The notes beneath the pieces were generated by a model. The model saw only the letters and a program-made list of their open reading frames with translations, did not search any database and had not been told where the DNA came from. A stretch of 64,000 nt of DNA from Tubiluchus corallicola. Taxonomy: Eukaryota > Animalia > Priapulida. The stretch lies in NCBI GenBank assembly GCA_030141605.1, contig JAQGDQ010000336.1, positions 1-64,000 on the forward strand, written 5' to 3'. Below, piece by piece: positions 1-46,500 of this stretch. Position numbers and translations under genes: made by a program. The number at the start of each line of letters is the position of its first letter. The first letter of the stretch is position 1.

Positions 1-230
1 ACACTTCACTGAACTTAATACCTCCTGTCTGTAGCACATTAGCTGAAAGAATTCTGTTTCTGTACTTATATTCATATTTTCAGATAGCCAGTATATGTGT
101 GTGTATAGTTTTCGCCATCAATGGCCCTGGTCATTTTTGAAGAACTTGCACAAATAACCTTACGCGAACAAAAATATGATCACGTCTGGGTCAGTTTGAA
201 AAAATATCAGTACTTAGTTCCCATTTTTAA

Positions 231-548
231 CCCTTTCAGTCCTAAATTATTTTTTAATATGAAAAATTTTTTTGGCTTGGTGCTTTTGTTCAGTATGACC
301 ATCTTGTTTACACATAATAATTTTTTTTCTACCTGTACAAAGTCATCTCTAAAGTACTGTACTTTGCACAGTTTTTGTGCTATGTAGATTTTTTAATTTG
401 CCATTTTATCACTATTTTTAGTCTATTGTTATTGGCTTAAATCAAAATAACTATTAACAGATCAAATAACTGTCAGTTTTAAAATTTTATTAATTTTAAA
501 GGCAGAAAATGTTCTCGTATCCCATGGGATACAACGGATATGAAAGGG
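231..548. mobile_element. piggyBac-type MITE
   Basis: TTAA-CCCTTTCA ... TGAAAGGG-TTAA: TTAA target duplication, short TIRs, non-coding interior. Confidence 0.75.
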
Positions 549-1610
549 TTAATGCGCCTGAACATTACTGTTTTAAGATATTGTATGTCTTCTTTTTGGA
601 AGGTGAGCCAAAGCTTTCACCAAAATTAAATTTAAGTTTTGACTAATTGCAGCATTAAACCTTGCATTATTATCTATGCTTCGAATTATTTCCGTTCTCT
701 GAAGGACATGCAGTTTTCGTTATTTATATATTAGGCACAGAATTATTCAAAATTACATGTATTGTTATTACTGTTATTAGCTAATAATCGTTTAAGCATG
801 TTAGAATGGTATGTTCGTGCCTATCATGCATAAAAGTGCTACATCTTTAATTGTCTGATCTCGGCTGTTACATTTTTTCCAGTTGTGGTGGTTTTATAGA
901 TACTCTCTTAGTTAAACTTGGGAAATGTAAAAAAGTTTGAGTAATTGTTATTGCAAAAAAAACAAATGTGTTAAGAGTTTTTCTGTTATTCTTATTTATG
1001 TGTGTGTAAAATGCACGCAGCAAGATTATCAAATTATCAAACTAATGTTAAGAGTAATAAGACAAGTTTCAACAGAATATTCTGCTTCAATAGAAGAACT
1101 ATCCAGAACTCTTACAATGACTTTTGTTAAGCGTTATATATTGATATATATTCACAATTTTGCGCTGTTTAATGATTTGTTAAAAATGTGAGCAAGACAT
1201 GTGACAATATTTCTCTGCAAAATGAAGGACATTAACTGTGTAGAAATTTCTCTAAATGTTAATGCGCACACTGTTAGGCACAGTAAAGCATGTAAGTAAA
1301 GGATTGTCGCAAAAACTGGTTGTTGACTACTAGTAACCAAAATAGTATCCCCGATTCACTGCAGTATAATAGTAATTTTCGTCTGATTGAAAGCTTGTCT
1401 TAAAAAGTTGATCTTCAATTCAGTGAAAAATGTTTTTCTAATAGGTAATAGTCAATGTTACAATAGTTAATAGTTATTCCTGTCAGTAACTTTGCACAAA
1501 TTTACATTTTAACTGTTATTAATTAGTGCACTCTCTTAATCTCTATATTTATTGTTTGAAACAGTTGTTGTTTGTATTTCTAATTTGTTTGTGTTATTTA
1601 CTCTTTTTAG

Positions 1611-34924
<33,314 letters not shown>

Positions 34925-37052
34925 AAATTAAAGCTGTTTTGTTAGGCAAGTCAATTAATTATTTCGTTAGGTTACTCAAGGGTATTTCTAGTCTCATATT
35001 CTTCTGGTTTTAAATCCAGTATGTTCCGTTCCTTATTGAAACATGCTCAAATGTTAACAGACTGCTATTTAGTTTGTTCATACTACTGTTTCTGGAACAA
35101 ACTATTTTAATATGACACCTACACGTGGACTCGTTTACTGCATCTATGCTTGAATCAGCTTAAATTTTCGTTATCACGTTATTATTACTTTATTTTATGC
35201 CATTAGCATCAAAACTTTATCTAGCAAATCCGTGGCTTTATCTTTGACTTGGTGTGACACAACAAAAAAAAATTGAACATGTTACAAATGTTTTTTACAA
35301 AAGTGTTGGTAATAGTTCTTGAGTAGTAGAATATTCGGGTTCATTCTAGTCTGGTAATATTATATTCTTTTATTAACTAAATTTTCATTAGTTAAAATTG
35401 GATTTGCCAATATGTTTTGTTTTTCTCAGTCTGATGCTTTTGATGCATATCTGCTTATAACAGTGAATCATCTATCAGCTATTTCCCAAATCTTTGTATG
35501 TAATTGCTTCTTAATAGTTTGGGTTGTCAAATGAAACGAATTCATCGCTGATTGAGCTTGTCCATTTCCAGTATGTGACTGTAACAATCGATATTTGTAG
35601 TAATTATTGATTTTTGTTAATGCTAATGAATTTTTGCTTGTTGGGTGAAAGTCAAATTTATAATTCAAATACACTTTTTTGTACAAAAACATGTGATGGT
35701 CAAACTCCTAATTATGTGTGACAGCATTTTAAAAAGATTTAATTAGATCATTATAGTATAGATATATAGAAATATATGTATTGTAATATTTACAATCATG
35801 TTATAAAGTATTATGTGTTAAAGATAAAGTCAGTACCATATTATTATTTACTATTTATACATATATATTCTATTCTATTTGTATTTTCTTGCATAATGGC
35901 AACTGCACAAGCACTCATATGGGTGTTGTGTATTATACTAATATATGACTAATACACTTATGCATGGCTAAGTTAATTAACTGTAAGTTGCAAACGTGTA
36001 TTGTTGTTATGTACAAATTTTTGAACACCTTAAATGCACTTTTTAACTACACCTTAGGGTAATAAGCAAGTACAGTCTGTTATACTGCCTGGAGAATGCT
36101 GACAATGTGGTTCACGTTACTCTGTATCTAACCATTCATTACTGCTGTTAAACGATGTACGATTTTCAGATATGGTTTAGTGAAATACAATGTTAGATAC
36201 TCTAGTATAGTTTGTGTAGCGTGTGTATCTGATTCTTAGCTGAACTTCTTCTCAAGGTAGGCATAGATGTACTATTGCTATTGAACTATTGAAAATTAGC
36301 AGTATGTGTGACTGTATGGATAAAAAAGCATGCTACATTGCTTTGACTTTGCTTGTGTAAGTTTTGTTATTGTAAATTTTAATAATTATTATAGCATGTC
36401 TGTGAAAGCAGTTACATATTTTTCAATATTGTTCCTTTTGTTTTTTCCAGCATAGATAGTTGGTAATTTAGATTTAATATCTTGGTGTTTAGTAAGTTAG
36501 CCATAAAAACTCTTGTTCTTACCAAGAGGAGGAAAAATCTATTAACGTTTTCATTGTTCTGTCAACTTTGTAATGGTTGACCTGCTATTTTATTGAATTT
36601 AGTTTAAATTTATTACACACCTCACATTATTATTTTTTAGTTTTGTATATAATATATAAACAGAATATATAAAATTTTGTTGTACCCATTTGGTTTTTTG
36701 TTGTTTGTTCAAAATACTTTGTTAACTAGTTTATTTGGTGCTTTTCTTATCTATGTTCATCTCAGTCATTTTTGTTACCGGTTTTTAAGCTGCTATATAA
36801 CAAACATTTTATTTTTATCTCGCATTAAAAACTGTTTCTTTCTTTTCAGTAAAATAATATAGAAACTTGTTTGAATAATATTTGAAATCGCCTAGAATTA
36901 TTAGTTTAGTTGATATGGCTTTGAGAATGATTGTATTTCTGACTGTATGCCATGTTAGGTAGTAGTGCTCTAATTATGGTCTGTTATCAATATCAAAATT
37001 TGATTAATTGCATAATGATAATGTAAATGTTTCAAATTACATGTTCATTTTA

Positions 37053-37058
37053 AATAAA
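37053..37058 (+). promoter_or_regulatory. Candidate polyadenylation signal for the PKC distal 3' UTR
   Basis: AATAAA at the end of a 2.1-kb AT-rich, repeat-free stretch after the exon B stop, followed by T/GT-rich sequence. Confidence 0.4.
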
Positions 37059-37299
37059 ATATTCTGTTAAAATATATAAAATTTTGTTCATATATTTGTT
37101 TGTTGCAGGGAGGCCTTTTACCATTTGAAACAGCTGTTCAAGGCCTGGGTGGTCCTTTTGTAATCTACATTACTATTATTAATGTTAATACTAATGGGAT
37201 GTTTTTACTAATTACTAAACTTAATTGGCATTAATCATAATTACTAACCACTTGATTGCTAGTACTCACAGTAATTACTCAAAATATGCTATGTAATGT

Positions 37300-37820
37300 G
37301 GTAAGCTCATGGCTAACTGTTGCTCCATTCATAGTTCAGTCATCTTAAATACTGGAGCATCCACCACATCTTCAGACAGTGAATTCCAGCATCGAGCCTA
37401 CATCAATCATACCACCAGGATCTTGTAAGCTTAATCCTCTCTCTAGCTCCTGTAGCACAAGAGCAGTATAGCTTTAATATCTTTGAGTGATCCTAATAAT
37501 CAAGTCGTTGAGTCTTCTAACCAACCTAGCTTTCAGTCTTTCAGCTTTCTCAATACTGTTCATATCCAAATTCCTAAGACAGGTCTTGTCATGAACATAT
37601 CTAAATTGGTGATCATATTGTCATATAAAAGACAAAGTTCTTGTAACATCTTTTTTGTCACACCAATGATACTATTAAAAAAGATTTGCTATCTTGGGTA
37701 CAGTCATCAGTTGTTTATGAAGCTTCAAATCATTGTCAATGACAAAACCACGGTCCTTTTCCTCAAATCCTTTGTCACTGCAGCCAATTCTGATACTGCC
37801 TCTCTACTGTCAATGTAATT
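37300..37820 (-). mobile_element. CR1/L2 LINE ORF2 3' remnant
   Basis: The - strand reads EEKDRGFVIDNDLKLHKQ (similar to EKDLGV.ID..L.F..H) and WNSLSEDVVDAP (similar to WNSLP..VV.A.S). Confidence 0.7.
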
Positions 37821-37989
37821 ATGTGTTTTTAAACAGTTATTTTCATGTGACTTTTAAATGAAAACAAGTTAACAAAAGCATTTATAACACTGATTGCACG
37901 GAAATATAAAAAGAAATGCAGTGTAAATATCTTCAGTACTGCCTTTAGTAATGCATTCCGAAATGGGGGTCCAATTTGTAATAATATAA

Positions 37990-38535
37990 TAACCTGCCAA
38001 CTCTCACGCATTAGGGGTGTGTCACATGCATTTTAAGTCTTTCACACATGCAAATGCATTAGGTGTGTGTCACACGCATTCCACAATTTCACGTACAAGT
38101 TTGCAAACCACCTAGCTTGAATGGCTTCCTTTGCCATCAGTACCAAGCACAACATAATTAGTAGCACTACTCTCAATAACACAGTAGCATTAATTTTGTG
38201 AGTCTCATGATGTATATTATATTAAAGGGTATTGCATTAGTTTTATTGAAAATTAAGCACTTATGGGTGAAATTGAGCCTTTTTGGTGTATACAAAAGAA
38301 CATGTATATATAAAGCATGGTGAAGTCTAATAACAGCTAAAAAAGCTCACGGGTACTTTAAAATTACCTTAAATTTTTTTTTACTCAATTTTTTGATAAT
38401 TTGATTTTGATACCTAAAAAAGTAGAAATTTTCGGGGCATAATTTGCCCCCTCGTCCGGATTCCTGCCAAGGGCGAGACGAATACCGGTTTCCATGTTTC
38501 ACACTCATTCTTACTTAAAATGGTTGGCAGTTGTA
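37990..38535. mobile_element. MITE with CTGCCAAC terminal inverted repeats (hAT-like)
   Basis: AACCTGCCAAC ... GTTGGCAGTTG, with an internal direct repeat GCATTAGG(G/T)GTGTGTCACA(T/C)GCATT. Confidence 0.55.
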
Positions 38536-38765
38536 TATCCGCCATAAGTTACAGCAGATATTACTTTCTAACATAGTAGATGGATATTACTGTTTTGTTC
38601 CCTGTAGATGGCGCGGTCGACGGTGCGCTGAACAGGGAATGTAATATCCGTCACGCTCTTGTTGGAAGCAGACGAGTGCAGCGGCTGATTCTGTGGCTAA
38701 TTTGGTGACTTTTTGTTACACAGTTTGTATTGTAGAGTTAATGATCCTTTAACATCGATAATCTG

Positions 38766-41439
38766 ATGTCTACTTCTAGTTGCTTGCCGACTAAACTGGT
38801 GTCTTCGGACCTTTCGCTGCCGAATTTGGTAACGAGAGTTTCCAATTTGCACAAACAGCAAACAGATGAAATAGCAAGGCGACAAAATGACTTAAAAAAG
38901 TATGTTAGGGCACTTATACGCTCATTTTAGACACTTCATTACTATTAATTTTTACTAAGTTTATATATTATTATGGAAACACATTACTAATACATTAGTG
39001 GTTAGTGGTTACTTGCATGCAATGCTTTCGAGCTGAATTTTATTTCATTGGTGGTATAAGTTGGTCGAATCACTGTCAAACCTCAAATGTAGCAAACTAT
39101 GCACAGATCATCAATTGCCTGATAAAAACTGACACCATTATAAAATGTGACTCACGGCTTGACTTGTTTTCTAAAATTATTAAAATTAAGGTTTCTTAAA
39201 TTATTAAAATTAAAATGTGGTCAGTGACGGAAATTAAGTTTGCTTTAAACTTTGTGCAGTAAATGACTGCTATACGTTGGTTGTCTGTAGAAGCAAGAAA
39301 AAGTTATTTACAAGGTGATGTAATTTAGCTCACCCAGTCTTAGTGCTATTTTACAAGTATTTAAGAGAAACGTTAATTATGTATGCTCTTCCAAGTTTAT
39401 TTCAGCCTCCAGGGACAGCCAACTCCCATGCTAATACTAATGATAAATAATAACTATATGTATGTATTTTAGATTAGAAATCAGAATGAATAAAATTCAA
39501 GAGAAGGTGAATTTTGCTGAAGCTACAGTGACATCATTAAATAGACGATTGTGTGTTGCAGAACAGTCGGGCCTACAAATAATTCTCAGGTATAGTGCCA
39601 CTTGTTTCAGGGAGAAAAGTAGGCAAGTCAGACTAAATACTATGTTTCTGTGATTATTACCTATTGGCTATTGTAGTAATATCACTAATCTAATTTTGAC
39701 AAATCTAACAAATACAGAATGGAAATGGTTAGAAAGTATTCAGTTTAAGGCGTTAACAAAATTGTTGTGTCAAAAAACGACCCCTTACTGGGACATTTTA
39801 GCTCAAGTGAACTGCTGGCCGATTAAAAGTAGAGTTGAGTACAAAAAGTTAATATTTCATCATCATTTAATGAATTCTGATGATGATCGAATTACTAAAC
39901 AAGTAGTTATGGAACAAAAATAGATTGTATGAACAATGCTGGTATGATGAGATTGTAAAAATTGCTAACTATTATGAAATAAACAGTAGTGATATGGAAC
40001 AAGTGGAACAATGGAAAAAGATGGTTAGAAATAATTTGTTTATAGTAGCTTAAGTCAAGTAAATGTTTGGGGTTAGCGCTCTTGATCTATACGAAACGAA
40101 TGTGGAAGTCATGAGAAGAATCATTGAGTGTAGTACGGCCATGAGGGATTTCAGAAATGAATGTGGATTCGCGATATGAAGGTCTATACAGTGTATATAG
40201 ATCCTCCAGTCGTTCCTAGAGTGATTGTTTGCTGAATTGCAACTAGGATCAAGACTGAACCACTAAAAAAACCCACTAAATTTCTTTATAATAAAACTCA
40301 AATGTCGCAGGTCCAAAGTTATTAGAGTTTAGTTAATGAAGAAAATCAATATTATACAAAGTTATAATTTTCATTAATTCCTATATCATTCTACGTTCAT
40401 ATTTAAACAATAATGAATATTATTATTTTCATATATCACATAGGTGCTACACTATGACAGTACTGTATGCACATTTCATAACATTTATTTTAAGAAATTT
40501 GAGCTCGCTGCTGTTCACAACCAAAATTTGCGATACTGTCGTCCAACTAGAGGAAAATAATTAGGCTAATTTGAACTATTGGCTGTGCCTACAGATTAAA
40601 TTTGCTGCTACTGTTGGTCGACAATAAAAAATACCACATGTACATATTATCGCGTGAAGCCTTTTGTACTCTTCAATTATGATTCAAAAATTGTAACTAC
40701 CATCATATAGTTATAATCAATGTTGAGCCAGTACTAATTTAATATGCCATTTTGGTATTAATTTTTTTAACAAGTTTTCATTTATTTTTGAGCACTTGTT
40801 TTTTGTGACATTTTGCTCAATTCGTGTTATTAGCACTTAGCTGCTTTTCCTTGACTTCAGTTGTACAAAACTAAAAACACAAATAGAAGAATGTATAGAA
40901 AATAATGTGAAGCTACTGGGAGAACTAGATAGCAAGACTTCCGAGCTAGCATTTCATCAAAAGGCATATCAGTTATATCGTGACAAAATGTCTATTCGTG
41001 TATCAAAGGTAACAAACTTATATATAATCTGTTGGCAACTCATCACTAAATTACCAGTTACTGTCATAATGGCTGTAATGAATTTCCTTTGGGTTACAAA
41101 AACTAAGCCTACGTACTTTTCACAAGTTCAAATAATTGAAAGTGACCAAATCTCACAAATTTAGTTTTAAAGTTTTTACGCTTTGTTTTATTAAGTTTTC
41201 TTACAACATTGTAACTTTAATACCATATAATTTTTAAACCATAACTATAAATCAAGACGATTTTGGAAATCAATAGGAACTTAAATAATGTTGCTTAAGT
41301 ATTTATATCATCGGGTTGGTTTAAGGTGCAAGAAATTGAAATAGATGCATACCACCAAATAGAGATGTGGAAGAACACAGTTGAGATGCTGCAGGCTGAA
41401 ACACAAGAATTACAGAAGACAATGGATGGTGCCAATTGA
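38766..41439 (+). CDS. CCDC122: Coiled-coil protein, CCDC122-like (about 170 aa, 4 exons)
   Basis: Exons 38766-38899 (ATG..|gtatgt), 39473-39589, 40861-41008 and 41326-41439 (TGA) join in phase 2-2-0. The exon 3 peptide CTKLKTQIEECIENNVKLLGELD...YQLYRDKM resembles recalled vertebrate CCDC122 [23 protein letters not shown]...YNAYYAKI. The gene model is well supported; the orthology is less certain. Confidence 0.7.
39640..40250 (+). mobile_element. LINE ORF2 C-terminal remnant in intron 2 of the CCDC122-like gene
   Basis: ORF 39696..39923 (LESIQFKALTKLL..KTTPYW..LA.VNCWPIKSRVEYKKLIFHHHLMNSDDDRITKQ) is typical of the post-RT region of LINEs; interrupted by stops. Confidence 0.65.
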
Positions 41440-43454
41440 AAAACTGAGTATTAAAAAGCAGATGTACTGATCTGCTCATATTAATAATTCAATATTGTAA
41501 GTACGAGTAACGTTATGTAACTTACATGTGAATGCACAACTACATATCAGGTTGTGCGAGAATATAGTACAGGATAATTGTGATGTAGCTTTAACAAATA
41601 ATTTCATATAGATTCGCCTCAAAAATTTTGTCTTAAAAATGGGTAACTGCAACACTTTCTATTAGTTTGGCCACTTATTTTTAATGTGCTTGTCATTGCA
41701 CCTCTACATCGAAACAAATGTGTTTCATGTTACTTTTCCGTAGTGGCTTCATAATGCATAGTTTTCATAGTTTTCTATATTGCATTCACACTATAATATT
41801 AGTTCTATGATACTGAATTGAAGACGTTCACTTTCTGTATCATAATTAAGCTGAACTTCATACATAAAATACGAATAGCAAGTTACGAAAACTAGATTCG
41901 TAGTCTATGTACACAGTATTTATAGAAAAAAACCACATGTAACATTGTGAGTGTATTATGCTTTATGGTCAAGTTTATATTTGCATATAATTATTAATAG
42001 GTACCACATAACAGGAACGATAATAAATGGGTAACACTTCACTCTTTTTGCATGTACATGTAAAGGCTTTATATGTAGTCCGTTCATGGATTTTAGTTGC
42101 ACACTTAAAACAAGACAACAAATGGTTACTATCTATATATCTATATGGTATGCGAATAACATTATTGCATGTAGTTAGTAAATGTAGGTGCTACAAAGTT
42201 CAATGTGACACTGTAAATTCATTTGCATTGTTCAGTTAGCCACAGCGATGCAAGGATTTTACAAGGATATCTGTGAAACTCCAAAAAGTAATATAATACT
42301 TACAATCTTACAACTCGTAGTACGTTTGTAACAAGTAAATTTGCAGTTAACAGTGCAATAATTACTGTTGGTTATGTCAAATACAATAACAATAATCCCA
42401 TATAACAAAAATAATTAGTTAATTATTCCATAATGTTTATGCTCATTAAGCACAGAATCGATGTATTAAAAATTAAAATAACGTTTATACATACATTGAA
42501 AATGTAAAAGAAAATGACAATAAACTGAAGTCTCTGCACTGTACATTTAATTCCTAAATATAAAATTGTTTTCAAGCAACATTTTTTGAAGGTCTTTCAA
42601 CACCACATTTTTAAAAAGAAAAAAACGCGAAGTTAAGTGACAAAAGAAACTCTGCCTGCGCTGACAGATATCATCACAAGTGTCAGCAGTTACGAAGTTT
42701 TACTCTTTGTAGGGTTTGTAGGAACCCTCTGTTTTGTACATGATGTCAGATGATCACTTCCACTGTGATGCTCACAAATTGTATAGTACATAAAGTAGCA
42801 TTAAGCTTTGTTTTGGCTAAATATGCCACCATTGGTTAGGATAAAACAACTCATGTTGATGAAATATTTAGTTGTCTGACATCATGTTGCATTATTTTGT
42901 TGGCCACCTGAATTAACTGTCTGATTTGACCCCTTGCCTTGTGTTGTCAATCAGTTTTGATGCGTTAGTGTTACAATTCAAATGAGAAATATGAACCCTG
43001 CTAGTGATAATAGCCACTAGATTTCAAGTATCCAACCACTAAACACTCTTTTAATTTATACAGGGCACTTTCAGTAAACAACGAAATATTCTTATATTAA
43101 AAGAGCGCGGAGAGCTTCGTTTTCGTCATTTTTTTATTTTCGTATTAATCTCCCAAGAAGCAACAATGTTTCTCGCATGACTGTTGAATCTTGTAGTTGA
43201 AACTACCAAGATACGTAAATGTCTTGAACTTATTTACTTTGTAGTTAAATTCCAAAATGCATAACTTTCTTAAACTCATTTAACTGCTTGATTAGTACTC
43301 TGCTAACGACTTTATAGTTCTAAAAAAATCCACAAATAGTTACACATGCCTTATGTAGTATACAACCATATTTCTTGAAGAATACATGGATAAAAGAAGC
43401 AAAGGAATGAAGAACTGTCCATAAGTTGGAGTGTCCAAGATGCCATGACCTTAT

Positions 43455-43547
43455 CTAAGGGAATGGAAAAGTATCTACATCTCCCGTCTCTACAAATGGC
43501 TTGTCGTTGATTGTAAATATAATCTTGTACTTAAGCTTGATCTTCTC
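43455..43547 (-). CDS. GGA1: GGA last exon (EKIKLKYKIIFTINDKPFVETGDVDTFPFP*)
   Basis: tgtag| acceptor, stop TAG. Confidence 0.95.
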   Translation of the reverse strand, partial: EKIKLKYKIIFTINDKPFVETGDVDTFPFP

Positions 43548-46500
43548 CTACATTAGCAATGAAAAGCAATACTTAAAATTATTAACAGACATATAACACA
43601 GTTTTTATAAAGCGGCATGCCATCAAAACATTGTAACAACATTCCAACAGATAAACAGCCGCTACTACATTTAACTGACTTCTGGTTAAAATTCAAAATA
43701 GGCACTCATCTGTTGTCCATTACTCATTTAGAATGCACGTATATATATGTGTGTGTGTGTGTATACAAGTAAAAAATGGGACCAGGCCAGAAGTCATTAT
43801 GGTAATAATAATTAAGAAAGTATGATCAATACGTTTACTTGGAGTTAGGTTATTTTTCTGTTCATACAAATTTAAATTACAGTTTCTATCAATATGTAAT
43901 TAACTAATTTTAAAGTAATTTAATATACCTTATTAGGGTTAGCAAGCAACATAACTTGTGTTATCGTAGCTGTTGGAAGGATAGGATTAAAAGCAGGCAA
44001 ATCTGTAGCTGAGGCTGGCTGTAACTTTACTCTCATCACCTAAAAAGTGTTGAAGGATCATTATTGTTACTGTACTATATAAGCATATGCTCTGATCAAC
44101 CACTTGTTTCACACAGATGTGGATACAGGAAACCTGCAATAAACAGGTGGTGTTACGTAAAACGAGGCCAAAACTAACATAATTAAAAAAATGTAAATCA
44201 TTGGTCAATGCAGCTCATTTACCTTTGGTACAGCTACTTGGAAGTTGAAACCATGTACAGGCATAGTTGACGTGTTCATTGTAGATATTACCAACACACT
44301 TACATCATCTCTTGGAGTGTTTTTTGCAAAATGCATTATTGTTCGTAGGCCATTTTTGTCGTAAATTGTCATAGGTGGCAGCTCACCTAAAATTATGTAG
44401 AAATCAATAACGTATTTTACAAAATTAATTAACTTGTAGTCCTGGCTTTCTAGTTACTACTGACGGCAGTGATGGTAGTGATGACTGTAGCAGCAATAAT
44501 ATTACTGGTGTCCCAGGCATTACATCTTATTTTAAATGACACCAATTTTGTTTATAAACATAAATTGAGACGAGTGCAATGAAAAATAAATGTCTAACAA
44601 TTATGCTTATCCATTGCATGCATTCCTCTAGTTTTTTTGTTTTAATTTCCCTTTTGCGATTTCTAGCCAGCAGTAAACCATCCTTTCAGAGATTTGTCCT
44701 ACATTATTATACTCTTGGGTTATGTTTGTAGAGAACAAAGAACACACAATTAAATACCAATAATATTTTTGGAAATTACAATTTACATCAGAAGTGAAAG
44801 CCTACGGAAAGAGTACTTGAGTCTTGGTGAAGCATATCACCGAACAATAATTCGTTGCTAGATCCCGCAAAACCACACACCACCAGTGAAGGCGAAAACA
44901 GAAAGCAAACTTGTGCATAGAAAAAGTAAAACACACAACACGTTGAAGCCATGTAAGCAGTGCCGGAAATCTTTTTAAATAAACTTCTTTACAAATTGGC
45001 GCACATTTACTCTTCTTTGCTTTAGATTTGATTTACTTTCATAGTCCATGCATGTAACACAATTTTGGGACAGTGACAAACCTTTAATTTTTCTAAATAT
45101 AGTTCTGCACTCTACAAGCTAAGTTGCAGCGCTTACTAGGAGAGCTTCCTTAAAGTAGACGGTTGTGAATGGACTAGAACCTAGCTAATCGTCAAAGGTA
45201 TCCTCTTAGACAGCCTCTTTGTCAACCTTGGGGTCAGGACCCATTTATGATCATTTAGCGGTTTTCGTATGGTCGCATCACTGTCCACCAACTGTTTATG
45301 AAGGTACTTCCAAGTATCAGCTTTGACTGATACAGATTCACTGGCCGAATGAGTGAATGGTCAATACGCCCACATTGTAACTATACTGCTATACATTATG
45401 GGCACTTTATGGATAATCCTATTTTGCTATAATTTCCCCATTGAATTTCTTAGCAAATCCAGCATTTTGACTAATTTTGTTACTACTATTTTAATAACGA
45501 AAAATTGTCCAGAATTATTCATTATGATGTTTCTAGGAAAAATGGCTTGCATATAACACAGATTGTCAGTTTTTCGAAAAACTCGGGTCATCTTCGTCTT
45601 ATGGTCCAATTTTTTGTCAGAAGGCAAAAAAGGTTGTGAGAAACATTAAGATGAGGTACCAGAGTGGCAGAAAAGAGTCTCAACTCACTTCGATGTACCC
45701 TATCACAACTATGATCAATCGGTTACCACAACACGTGGTATGTACCTCTACAAAAAGGCATAACCTACTCATTTGGCCAAAGGTGATAGACATTTGTTTT
45801 TATTATTTATGGAGCAAGTATTTATTTTAACAACAATGATTACCTGGTAATATATTTTCCAACGCTATAAATAAATCAGTAAGTGGCTGTATTTGTGAAG
45901 GGCTATTGGGCAAGCTTTTGTTGTTCGCTGTTCTCGCTACAGACGTTTGCAGCTGACTCATCGGCACTTTCGCCTGAGCTTGAAACCTTAAGATAGCAAA
46001 GTATATGCAAGTAAGAACAAATTACATAATTATAATACTTTAAATACTTAAGGATTACACTTATAGTTATTTTAAATATAACATTTTTTTTTAATTTTCA
46101 GACTGTTCATTTCCTTTTTCAAAACAAATGATATTTAGTAGTACCATGAAATCTAAGGCAAGATATTAGACTTCTAAAATTTACTATAAACTGACTAAAG
46201 TTAATGTCTAAACTGGCCCAGAAAACAAATGAGAGTTACTTTTCATAAGTGAACTTTCCCACCAAGCAAAAGAGAATAGCTTATTGTAGCCCAATACTGC
46301 AAGTGCTTAGACGATGCAGGGCACAAACATAGCATTAGCTCATAATCCTGTCGGTAATATAATTTTTAGTTTCACATTAAAATACTACGTAATACAGGAA
46401 TAAACATGCTCAGCAGTACTGTTATAAAAAAACTTTCTAATAATTGCTAATGTTATGAAATTATGTTATTATTATATAAGAAAAATTAAATGCTGATAGG

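Noticed and set aside
40495-40565. Possible additional CCDC122-like exon (taag|AAATTTGAGCTC...)
   Set aside because: It hits stops in the relevant frames, and exon 2 joins exon 3 in frame without it.
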